From Camelus ferus (taxonomy: Eukaryota), in NCBI RefSeq assembly GCF_009834535.1, contig NC_045696.1:121336001-121400000 (forward strand): a DNA stretch of 64,000 nucleotides. Reading direction: 5' to 3'. The first letter of the stretch is position 1. Each line of letters opens with the position of its first letter. The notes under the pieces were generated by a model, which saw nothing but the letters and a program-made list of their open reading frames with translations, was not told the DNA's origin and did not search any database. Below, piece by piece: positions 50,830 to 62,590 of the stretch. Position numbers and translations under genes: made by a program.

Positions 50830-51175
50830 GTCAGTGAGCATGATCTAGGTTATCCTAGTGGTAAACAGCTCTCCAATCTCAGAGGCTTAAAACAACAATA
50901 CCACATTCTTTGTTCTTGCTGCGTGGACAGAGGACTCTCAGCTCACTGTAGAAACTCAAGGAATCAGGCTAACAGAGCAGCCACGGTCTTGAACATTGGC
51001 AGTCACTGTTCCTGAGAGACAACAGCACTGTGGAGGGTCTCACTGGTCTCTTGAGTGTCTCATGACACATTAATTCACTTGTGAGAATGGGTCACAAGTT
51101 CCTACGAACGATAAGGGCCCAGGAAGTGCAAGCCTACTGTGTGCTCAGAAGGCAGAGAACTGGAAAAGCATTTCC
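50830..51175 (-). mobile_element. MaLR LTR (MLT1L-like)
   Basis: ctaggttatcc...aatctcagaggcttaaaacaacaa...cagagcagccac...gcccaggaagtgcaagcctactgtgtgctcagaagg. Confidence 0.75.
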
Positions 51176-51800
51176 ACTATTTATTTTAACAGAGGCAGGA
51201 GACACTGAGATAGGACACTAGGAGGACACAGACTGCAGGGTCACAGGGCATCAACAGTCAGGAGGAGGTCTAAAAAAGAGCAAAACAATTTTAAGAGACC
51301 AGTGGGGCTGGTGGAGAAAGGAAGATGCGAAGAATTAAATATGTATAGTTTGGCTGAGCAGACTCGGTGGGGAACAACAGTGGGTGGTCGTGGTGGCCAA
51401 GGCAGCAATCTAAAAATACCCGCAAGATGTAAAGGATCAGAAGGGAGCATCGCTTAGCATGAGAATCAGAAAGTATCACTGACATTCTAGAGAGACACAA
51501 CGAAGCAGACTCTGGGATCGTGAAATTAGGCAACATGAACAGTATGAATAAAGTAAAAGAGACAGCGTTTATGAATACTTTTTACTTGAGAAGATAGCAG
51601 AAGAGCACATCCAATGGATAAGAACTGGGTGAGGATGGAGCTCCCCAGGGATGGAGATGAAGGACCCCGGGGGAAACTGACCTCCCCTACTCATGCTGGA
51701 GATTCAACACCACCAACCAGATTCCAACTAGGGGGCCTGGAGAGAAGCAGATATGTAGCCTTGATAACACTTCTGAGAGTTCAGAGCAAGTTTAAAAGTA

Positions 51801-52699
51801 AAGCAGACATACAAATGGCCAATAGGCATGTGAAAAAATGTTCAATATCACTATTAGAGAAAAGCAAATCAACACTGCAATGAGGTATCAACTCACACCA
51901 GTCAGCATGGCTATCTTTCAAAAATCCACAAATGATAAATGCTGGAAAGGTGTGGAGAAAAGGGAACTGGCTCACACTGCCGGTGGGAATGTAATTTGGT
52001 GCAGCCACTATGGAGGTTCCTCGAAAGACTAAAAATAGACTTACCATATTATTCAGTAACCCCACTCCATTTTATCTAAGAGGTATATATCCAGAGGAAC
52101 TCTAATTTGAAAAGATACATGCCCCCCCAGTGTTCATAGCAGCACTACATACAATAACCAAGACACAGAAATAACCTAAATGTCCATTGACAGATGACTG
52201 GATAAAGAAGTTGTGGTATATTTATACAATGGAGTACTACTCAGCCATAAGAAAGAATAAAACAATGCCATTTGCAGCAACATAAATGGACCTGGAGAAT
52301 GTCATTCTAAGTGAAGTAAGCCAGAAAGAGACAGAAAAATACCATATGATATTACTCATATGTGGAATCTAAAAAAATGAGATGAACTTATTTACAAAAC
52401 AGAAACAGACTCACAGACATAGAAAACAAACTTGTGCTTACCACAGGGGAAAGGGGAGAGGGAGGGAACATTGGGAGTTCGAGATTTGCAGATATGAACT
52501 AATATATATAAAATAGATAAACAAGGTCTTACTATACAGCACAGGGAACTATATTCAATACCTTGTAATAGCTTATAATGAAAACGAATGTGAAAAGGAA
52601 TACACATACATATAATTGAATCACTATGCTGCATACCAGAGATTAACACAACATTGTAAACCGACTATACTTCAATTTAAAAAAATAGAAAAAAAAAGA
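51801..52699 (+). mobile_element. Young L1 3' portion
   Basis: DIQMANRHVKKCSISL and [17 protein letters not shown] (ORF2p C-terminus), followed by 3'UTR and A-tail. Confidence 0.96.
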
Positions 52700-53631
52700 A
52701 TTAACAGGAGATATAATAGCATTAGCAAGAATGTGAGATGATTATAATTGATGTGGTTTTGAACACTGAAATATTAAATTTAAGAATATTACTTATCATA
52801 AATATCACATTTCATTTAAAAAAGCAAACCAAGGAGCACTTTGCAGAGAGCCTTCCCTCCACTCCAGTGTGGGAAGATTCCAGAACCTGCCTATACAGTA
52901 CTTGGAGCGTGTTTGGAAAAAAGTCCTAACATCCACTTTCATTATAGTCACCTAAGGTACTTCTATAAGCATTTTAATACTTCTCCAAGTTGAGGACCAC
53001 AGGTTTTAATATGTCCAGGACTAACACTGACACTCAGGAACTGACAGGTTTTCTCGAACCTTCCATGCTGCCACGTGGGTGTTTCAGAGGTGGCAGAATT
53101 TCGATTTACGTCTTCCCTTTACCTCCTCGCACCCTCACATCAGAGAGTTGCCTGCCTCATTTTGAAAAGTTTAAAACTGAAGTTGGGGTGGGAGGGGGTG
53201 TGGACACCTTCAGCTACCAGAGTGTGTACGCCTGGGGAGTCTGCCAGCTGCTTTCCTATTAGCTGTTTCCTGTATTAACATGAGAAGAGTTTGATCATTT
53301 ATATTTTCTTAAATGGGAGAGATGAGGGGTCTTGTATTTTGTCCAGATGAAAACTGCACATTCTCATAGTGAAGAGATTCTAACCCATACACCTTTATAG
53401 GAGTAAGACAGGGATCAACTCGCATCAGAAAAACAAAACCAAACTGACCTGAAAATTTCTAATTTTGAGGTTTCTATGAGTCACTCTGCAAATAAGAGGA
53501 CAACGCAGATGTGTTAACGCTGAGGCGTTTGGTCGCCTCATCCAAAACCAGAGGGAGTGATTTGCATGATATAAGCTGGTACAGATTTCTCTGTCCACAG
53601 ATGTCCGGGGATGAAATTTACCATCCTAAAT

Positions 53632-53835
53632 TGGGAGTATGAGATTTGCAGATACTACTGTATATAAAATAGGTAAACAAGTTTCTACTGTACAGCACAG
53701 GCAACTACATTCAATAACTTGTAGTAACCTACAATGAAAAGGAATATATGTATGTTCATGTATGACTGAAGCATTACACTGTACACCAGAAACTGACACA
53801 GCATTGTAAACTGACTAGACTTCAATAAAAGAATA
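53632..53835 (+). mobile_element. Short young L1 3' end with TSD
   Basis: TSD aaatttaccatcctaaat (53614-53631) / aaagttactgtcctaaat (53836-53853). Confidence 0.92.
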
Positions 53836-54214
53836 AAAGTTACTGTCCTAAATGCCGACTCCTACCTCTCCCTTGCAATATCAGCCCTCCTCAAATCCAC
53901 CCGTGCCCCAGGATGCACAGTTACACTCTTTTTTTTCAAATCAGGGTTACTGGGGAATAATTCATATACGATAAACTGATGAGTTTTGACAAAGGTGTAC
54001 ACCTGTGTGGCCACTGCCAAAACCAAGCTACACACAGCCTGAACTTTTCTTTAGGAGAATCTATTTCTGCTGCTTCTGAAAACCTAGATTTGCCTGATGG
54101 AAGGAAAGGGAATTTTCAATCCAAATCAATAATGTTGAGAGAGGTGAGTGAGGAAGTGAGCAGTGCTTTCTCCTGGAACTGTCATTCACTGCACAGAAAC
54201 AGAAGGTTATAATC

Positions 54215-54920
54215 TCTATAGAAAAAAGAAAAAAATGAAGCAGGGTGAGGGGGACGAGGAATAGGGGGCTGTGGGGGGGGCATGATTTGCAGTTTGTCAT
54301 TTTATTTTATTTATTTATTTTTTAATTGAGTTATAGTCAGTTTACAATGTTGTGTCGATTCCTGGTGTACAGCACAATTTTTCAGTCATACATGAAAATA
54401 CACATATTCATTTTCATATTCTTTTTCACCGTGAGCTGCTACAAGATCTTGAATATATTTCTCTGTGCTATACAGTATAAACTTGTTTATCTATTCTATA
54501 TATACCTGTCAGTATCTACAAATCTCGAAATCTCAGTCTGTCCCTTCCCACCCCACTCCCTCCTGGCAACCACAAGTTTGTATTCTATGTGTATGAGTCT
54601 TGCAGTCAGTAATTTTAAAGGGGTAGTGGGGCAACATTCATGGAGAAGATGAGACTTGTAGGAGGATGGGGCAACTGGCTGCTCGAAAGGGAAAAGAGTT
54701 CCAGGCAAAGGGGATGGCAACAGCACAGGTCCTGATGCTGGGACACCTTGCATTGTCCAGGAGCACCTGGAGGCCACCGAGGCTGGAGTGGGATAAGTGA
54801 GGGTGGTCAGAGAGGTCATGGGAGAATTAAACCACATTGGGCCCAGGCAGCCACTGGAGGACTGTGGCATCACTGTCATTCTATCAGGTCATATGGAGGC
54901 ATGGAGGGGGAGCCTGGGGC
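54215..54920 (-). mobile_element. L2 fragment split by a young L1
   Basis: gggaaaagagttccaggcaaaggggatggcaacagcacaggtcctga...ggaggccaccgaggctggagtg is reverse L2a-like. Confidence 0.75.
54304..54599 (-). mobile_element. Short young L1 3' end with TSD
   Basis: (TTTA)n tail plus aattgagttatagtcagtttacaatg. TSD ttgcagtttgtcatttt (54287-54303) / ttgcagtcagtaatttt (54600-54616). Confidence 0.92.
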
Positions 54921-55819
54921 CTGCAAGGTCATCGGCCAAGAAAAAAGTGGCAGGTATTTTTCAGTCCTGGTCCACAATCCCAACGGATAGAGCAGCAAAG
55001 GCCAGCAAGGGATAAATGATTGAAAAGGGCAGGACAGAGAACACACAGGTTCCAGCCAGGAAGCCAAGGAGCCCCACAGACTCGAGATTAGGTGCGTGAT
55101 GCTCACGGCAGAAGCTAAAGGGAGAACTTCCTTGAGCTGCTGACAAGGGAAGGCAGAGAAGTCCTTTCTCAGCCTTCTCAAAGAAGCAGCCGATACTGTC
55201 ACCCCTAAATGAGGAGAATCAATAAGAGAAATGCTGCCCATCTCCATCTGAAAGGCTGCCCACCTCTGTTGTGCAAGAACCCCCGGGCCTTTCACAAGGG
55301 GCCGCTTTCAAGTCAGCGTGGACGGTGCTGTGTCACACAGTGAAGACCACTCAGCTCCCCTAAGCCTTTGGGTCACACAACTCCGTTTCCAAATGAACAC
55401 CCCAAGTCCAATTTTAAAAAAATAATCACTTGATGAGCCAATCAAAAGAAGTAAATCTCTCAGCATCTTACTGTCAGTGTCAAGAAGCTGGTTTCTTTTC
55501 AGCCAAACACAAAACTGCTGTATTAGCTGAGTGTATACAAATGTCACAGGATTTGTGTTTTTTCCTCTCCATGGGCCTGGGTATCTCCCATCAGTAGCAG
55601 AGGGAGCTGTGACCCCCCACACGAGGGGAAAGCAGAAGCTTCACGGGGGAAGGCAGGCCCCAGGGCAGAGACACCATGGGGACCTCCTGTGGACCACGTA
55701 CGGTCTGCCTGCCCTGCCTCTGTTTCCCCATGTGGCCAGCAGGTGTGAATCTGGGGCTCATCTGACCAAGAGCTGTAGGGTAACAAGTTAAGAGTTTGTA
55801 CTAGGAGCTACAAAGGCAG

Positions 55820-56170
55820 TGACCTCATGCTATGTGTGAGACACTGTCTTAAGTCTTTTGCAGCTCAAAGTGTGGTCCACAAACCAGCTGTATCAGCATC
55901 AAATGGGGGTGGGCTAGACAGGCAGACCCTCGGCCCGATGCCTAACCTCGGACCCTGCACCGCACGCCGTCTCCGTCTCTCGTGCAGAAGTCTGAGAGGT
56001 ACCGTGCTGCTTGTTTCAAACCTAACTCAATCCCTGCAACAGCTCCAAGTGGGAGATAAAATCATCCCCATGTTCGTGATTCAGGAATTGGAGTTCAGTC
56101 CTGACATGACTTGCTCCAAGTTAATTAAGTAGCAGAACCAGGATTCAGACTGAGGTATACCTGATCCTAA
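55820..56170 (-). mobile_element. MIR with nested MER5A-like hAT element (~55858-56005)
   Basis: ctcaaagtgtggtccacaaaccagc...atcagcatca (MER5A-like) lies between MIR halves (ctatgtgtgagacactgt... and ...gcagaaccaggattcaga). Confidence 0.65.
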
Positions 56171-56464
56171 CAGATACACGCTGTCTCCAGGAGTGTTTCA
56201 CCACTTCCTTGGAGACATGTGTCCAAGAGAACAAGACCAAAGGAGGAAACGAGGGGAAATCTTCATGCTTTCCCTCACCATCATGTTCAAAATAAAAGAA
56301 AAAGGTCACCATTAGCATGTAGGGAAAGCCATTCAGGTGTGTAGGAGAGAAATATGACCTCAGTATAAGCCAGATTTAGTAGGAAACCTGAAACTAACAA
56401 CGAAGAGAAGTCTTCTAGAAGACCACAAATCAAGACCCTCCCTGTGTGCCCTGCAGAGTGAAGG

Positions 56465-56529
56465 ACACAAACACACATTGCACACGCACACGCGCACACA
56501 CACATGTGCGTGCACACGTGCACACACAC
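56465..56529. repeat. Imperfect (CA)/(CG)/(TG) alternating tract
   Basis: Read directly from the sequence. Confidence 0.9.
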
Positions 56530-59500
56530 TTTCCTAAAGAAAGCCAAATCCTGCTTGGCATGAATATGTATAATTAGATGTTCCCTGGGAGTGAAGAAGT
56601 AGTAATTAATTCAGCGTTAAACATCAAATCTATTACTTGAACTCCATAGCAACTGTGGTTGCCAACAGAGAGAAAACAAAATTTCAGAGCCTAGTTTTAA
56701 ATGATTACATTGAAATTTTTGAAAATGTGTAGAAGCCGACACTTGCTATTTTCAGGCTAAAACAATAGCCATTAACTCAGGGAGTAAAGAAGGATGCAAA
56801 TGAACAAAGACAAAAGAAAACAGAATCTCATCAGCACCAACCCAAACAGTCATGTGGACAGAGAGATTCTGACCCTGCCGGGGCACTGAGCCCAGCTGCT
56901 CACTCTAGGACAGAAAACTGTTCTTTCAGGCCAAGAAGAGATGCATTAACAATTTCCCCAAAGGCAGTCCTTGCAATCAGAATGAACTAGATTTGGATCT
57001 CATCTTTGCCAGGTAATGTATTTCCTGAGACAAGGTGCTGACTTGACTGAGCTTCAATTCCTTTGTCTGTCACAGTGGGGAAATCAGAGCGGTTTCGTAA
57101 GGGTTCCTGAAAGCAGCCAAGGTACAACGCCCCGTTCCTGGTTCCTTGGGAAGCAGGCTCTGAGATTAGTTTGGTGTGTGTGTCAAGGGATGCCCTTGGG
57201 GCCAACATCTGCAGAGGGGCAACACTGGGCAGAAGGAGACACTGCGATCAACCCCAACAACAGACGTGGCCGACCTCGTGGGAGTGCTGGGGCTTATGTG
57301 GTGGACAGTGGCTGAGACACTGGGACATTGATCCCACCCCCATCGGGCAGTCAGTAGATGTGGCAGCGCAGGATAGGACGTGATCGTGGGTGAGGGGCTT
57401 CCCTGCTGGGAGTCAACCCCCCCCCACCAGGGGCTGGCAGCATCCTCAGCAGCTGGGCAACAAACCCCTCCATGGGGACCCGGGCATCCACATCGCCACA
57501 CCCAGCACACGCTATGGAAGTCATGCTTCACTTCCTTTGCTTACATAACCCTTACAAACACCTTCACTAACAGAGATCCTGGTGTCCAGAAAGACCCTGT
57601 GATTGACTTCCGATCAATTTCTCTTCTCTGTTCTTAAAGAGAACTTCAGTACTTTGTTAGCTCCTGGGCTCAGGGGCTCTGAGGCCCACACTCGTCTCAT
57701 CTAAATGTCTCAACAGCTCTGTGAGGCAACATCCATCTTCACCTGACAGCTGAAGAACAGGTGCAGAGAGCGATAGGAACAGTGGGTTCTGGCGGGCGGC
57801 TGAGGGTGAATGACACGACACTGCACAGGTTTCGCTGGCACTTCCTGCTACACCACTGCTGTGCTGCCCACCCTCAGCTCGGCCCTTCAACCACCGAACC
57901 ACAGGGGTGTCAGGCGAGCTGCCTTCCCTCTCTTCCTAATCGCTAAGAAAGGTCACTCGAGTATCTTGCCAACTAACTTAACCTTTTCTGCCACAATCTT
58001 CCCACAGCTGTAAAGGGTCATCAGCCCTGTGTCTCACCACCCCCACCACCCTCGGGGACCTGCAGAAGAAGGTGGCTGGATTAAGGACCTCTGGAGCCCC
58101 TTTCAGCTGGAGGATTCTCCACTCATAATCCAGCATATTAACTGAGGGAATGTAACGTACTTCGAGACACGCTTAGAGCACAGGTCTAGATCAGTTACGG
58201 TTGCTTGGTTGCAAGCAGCAGAAACCAGCTTTGGCCAATTTATACAAAAGAGCATTTGCTGGAGAATACCAAGTGTTCAGGGAGGCAGTGGAACTGGCAG
58301 GGCAGTGGTGATTAGGAAGACTGGACAGATGCTGTCCACTGGGCTGGTGGAGCCGCTGTGATGAAGACACCCAGGCACCCCTTCCAGCCTTCACCACTCT
58401 CAGGATGGAAGGTCTGTGTGGCTCCCCCACGGCTGCACCAGGAAAGGGACAGACAGGGCACAGGCTCTTTGGTTTCCACTGCAGATGAGGGCACGTGGAA
58501 TCTGGCTCCCACCAAAGCTTCCCGAACTGGGGGAGGATTCATTTCACAAAAGGAAACTGGGCTGTACTGGAAACAGGCGCACACTGTGCACTGCAATGCA
58601 AATTTCCACACGTACCTACTGCTGCAAATTCGTTCACACAGCCTTTGGTCCACAAAGCAAATCGATGTTTTCTTTGTATTCTTCTGACGTCCGAAATTCC
58701 TTTCCCAGACCCCGAAGTCTCCCCCAGGGGCAATTATGCCTTCCATTTATACTTGGCAGACTCCTTTGGAAAATAGGAAAACCTGACAAATCGACCCTGA
58801 GTAGTTCTTCAAGGGATTGCTTATTTCCTCATCACCAAGAGAAGTGTAATGTTAAACATTTCCAGAAGAAAGAAGGACTGGAAAATACATCAGTAATCTA
58901 GAGAAATGACAATTTTATAAATACTCCTTCCTAATCACCGACGTAGAGGAAGCCAGTTAATCCCCAAATTCTGTAAATTCAGAGAAACTGGATTTACGAA
59001 ACAAAGTAAAAGTCAATGGAGCTGAGGTATCAGCCACTTTTGTGAAATAAATCAGTCCTTTTTTCTAAGTGAACTACTTAGATTTTTAACCCCCAGTTAG
59101 GCTATAACAAAATGTATTTGGTCACGACTGTAGGAATCCTACCAGAGTCCCTTTAGAGGAGTGGGGATTTAGTTATTTGCCAAGAAATCCCAGAAAGGGA
59201 TTTTTATGGTTTTTTATGCTGGTTGCCCTGATCCTTAGACTAGCAAAGACCAATGACTGTAACTGCAGCCTGCGCTCAAACGGATCATTTTCCAGAGTAA
59301 TGAATTAACAAGGGTTAGAAAATAATCAATATATTCTTTTCAAACATCCGGCCCACTCCCATATCCCCACGTAATTCAGGGTTCACTAATTTAACAGTCT
59401 GGTGGAAGTCTGACCACGTGTCTGCTGTTCAGGTGATGTCTGCCTTGGGAGCTGACAGGGCTTTTCCACCTGCGCAGGGAACCAAATGCCTGCCAGACTC

Positions 59501-59744
59501 AGTGTGCAGTCAGCAGGTACCTTGCTCACATCGGCGTAACACAGGTCCAGGTCACTGCCTCACTCTTAAAATCCTAGGAAAATCCTATCTACCCAACAGA
59601 TCATTTGGGAAGTACTTCTTTTTCATATGCTTTGACTTATTTACATTCAGAACTGGACAAAGTGATTCCCCCATTTCTCAGCAAGGAGGCAGAAATCAGT
59701 GGCAACTCACATGTCATCTTAAGTTTTTTAATGCAGGATAAAGA

Positions 59745-59935
59745 GGAAGGAAATGAACACTTACTGAAAGCTTACTGTGTGCCATGCCTTGTGTCACCAC
59801 CATACAGTCCTCATCAAACCCTGCAGGATGCTGGGTTATAGGCATGGAAAGGACATTTGGGAACGTGAGTAACCTGCCCAAGATCCCACAGCCTGTAACT
59901 GGCAGAGCTGCATCTGACTCTAACACCAGCCTCTG
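59745..59935 (-). mobile_element. MIR SINE
   Basis: acacttactgaaagcttactgtgtgcca...gagtaacctgcccaagatcccacagc...ggcagagctg...tctgactc. Confidence 0.85.
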
Positions 59936-61959
59936 GGGATTTCCACCCCAGCCTTGCCAGCACGTCACAAGTCTGACGGTGCCTCAGCTCAGAAATCAGC
60001 CTCTGGGAGTCGGTCACATACATACCGACACCACCACCACCAGTTGTTGGGATGGAAATGCGCTGCGTGCTCTGAGTGCAGGTCAGGACTTTCATTTCCA
60101 CTGATAGCGTGACGATTAAATACCTTTCTGAAATGCAGTGATGGAGGGTGAGTGTGGAACATCCCTGAGGCACTTTCTGATGAAGGCAAAAAGAACTGGA
60201 GCTGCAAAATCATGTTGCAGGCATCTTCCTTAAAGGTGAGGCTCGAAGGCCGAGTTGCCTTCATCAGCCACACTACAAAATATGTAAAGATAAGCACGCG
60301 TTGTGGAGTTTTAAGTAGGATCATACATCTAAACTATATTTTGTTTCCTGTCTGATATCAAGTGTAGCAAGCCAGGTGCTTCTTCTCTTCGTTTATTTAA
60401 TAAATGAAGAAAGAAATAGAGGCACTGCTGGGCACACTGGAACTTATAACTAGACTGTGAGACTTGGATACAGGACTATTTCATGATTCTTTGGAGCATT
60501 TTTAGCACCTAAGACAGAGAGGATAAACAACAAGGTCTTGCTGAATGAATGGATGGATGGACTAAGAATCTTTAACATGCTGAGATTTAAAAACACTAGT
60601 CTAAAGACAGAAAACCTGACTTTTACAGCTAACTAGTTGGGCAAACCCTCTGGTCTTCAGTATTCTGTCATGAGAGGTTTGAAAGGCTCCAGCTAAAATC
60701 AAAACCCAGTAATTCAGATCATGCTTACTCTCTGATATCTTTCATGTTATCCTATAACATAGGAATTTGACGTAAATGTGGCTTACAAAGTAATACAGAA
60801 CTCAAAGTTTTAAAAAAAGCTCTATCCGTCTCTTAGAAAGCAGCTTCCTTGAGGGCTCTTGAGTACATCGTCAAAAGGTCCTGGGTGCCAAGACCTCTGC
60901 AAATGCACGTGACCTGGTGCCCAGCCTCACCCTTTATTTGGGGTGGGGTGGTGGGCGGTGGGAAGAGGGCAGGACTGCTGAGGTGAACACCAAGTTGTGG
61001 TCTGCTCAGGTCTTTTCATGCTCTGGGTCTGAGTGTCTCAAGTGGCTTAAGTGGAAGCAGATTAAGTATAGGGACCTCTTCAGAAGAAAAATGTCCCCAG
61101 TTATCTGCTGTGTCCACTCCCTTCTCTTCTTCTGTGGAGCAGAACTAGAGAAGAGAGAGATAAACCAGAGACCGGAGACAACACATTCCTTCCTCTAGTT
61201 TCTAGGGTACCTCACATGTGAAGGGTTTCTTTGGCTAGGGGCCTGGACTGGACAGGAAATTAGGGCACAGGAAGTAAGACAGGCTGACCATCCTCAGAGC
61301 AGCACAGAATCTTAAGGTCTTGAAGGGACCACTCCTCCCCACAGGATGTGACACCTGAAATTTCACCATCAGTGGAACAGAAGTGAGTTGAATGACTTTG
61401 CTGGAGCAGGATCCTGTGAAGGACCCAGGGGCTCCAGGAACCACAAAGGATCTGTCTTGAGATTCCCTGGCAGCTTTTGGTATCATAGTAATGAATTATT
61501 CCAAATGTCATAACAGTGAGAAATGAGAACCACGTGAATGGTTCTTGGAGCACATCCTTAAAAGTAATTCTCAGAAATGGCAGCTAAAATTTGGCAAAAC
61601 CATTTTCACTGTTTTGAGGCCCAATCAACAAATAAGAACGTGGTAACTTTGTGAGTAGTCATTCCTAAGGTAGAGCTTCATCCTAAGAAGAATGTGAGGA
61701 TAAAGAAATACACAGGAAGTCATCATTTTCCTACCAGGGTCAGCTGCTTTTTGGTCATGTCCTGATTTGCCCTGAACATAGTAAACTGGGTTTCAGCACA
61801 AAGTTCAGGGTAGTAGGCTGAGAGTGGTCATAAAATCCTCTCCCAGGCTGATGACTGTGATTCAGGCCACCAGAAAGATGCCCAGCCAAGGACCCCAGGC
61901 TTCTTAAAGACTATAATGCAGAATAAACTCCTGGTCATCTATTCAACAGTGCTCCGGCT

Positions 61960-62025
61960 CCAATGGGAGACCCAACGGCAGGCCCAATGGGAGACCCACC
62001 GGGAGACCCAAGGGCAGACCCAAAG
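61960..62025 (+). repeat. Degenerate 12-bp minisatellite, ~5.5 copies
   Basis: ccaatgggagac / ccaacggcaggc / ccaatgggagac / ccaccgggagac / ccaagggcagac / ccaaag. Confidence 0.88.
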
Positions 62026-62359
62026 ACACAGGCCATCTGTTCCTAGCATGGCAGTTGACAACCAAAGCATGACCCAGAGCCCTGACCCATGCCTCAGGTG
62101 CATGAAATCAGAAATAATCAATATGAAAACAAAAGGACCCAGAGATGCTTGTAATAAAAACAGAGCACTCCACAAAAGTTTCAGCAGAAACTATGTTGGA
62201 CTATTTTCATTCCTGAAGGACAAAAATGCCTAAATTATTATTTCTGTAGACACTAGGGACATCCAAAATCCCAGATAGAGACAAGCACTCAAAACAAGTC
62301 CTGGATTTGCATGAATAAAGAAGTGACATTAGTGAGTATTTTGGGAAGTTGGAGCAAGA

Positions 62360-62590
62360 CAGAGCAGAGACTATGGCCCTGGAGTCCAATCCTGACTTAC
62401 ATACGCTGTATCGTGGGTAAACTGCTGAATTCCTGTACGTCTCCATTTTCTCCCCCTGAAAATGGGGGAAGTAAAGGTACGTATTTAACAGGGTTGTGGA
62501 TGAGGACAAGATAAAACTCTGTGTGTGTGTGTGTGTGTGTGCCCAGTGGAGTGTCTGACCTATAGCAAGCAGACAGTCAAAAAGCATGTC
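62360..62590 (+). mobile_element. MIR SINE containing (TG)11 at 62520-62541
   Basis: ccctggagtcc...ctccattttctccccctgaaaatggggga...cagggttgtggatgagga. Confidence 0.78.

Noticed and set aside
51200..51550. Possible exon in purine-rich unique-looking sequence
   Set aside because: It looks more like a very decayed minus-strand L2 RT fragment. Neither reading is strong enough to list as a feature.
58416..58901. Longest ORF in the track (161 aa)
   Set aside because: Non-ATG start, no recognisable motif, and overlapping ORFs in several frames indicate a stop-poor stretch rather than a gene.
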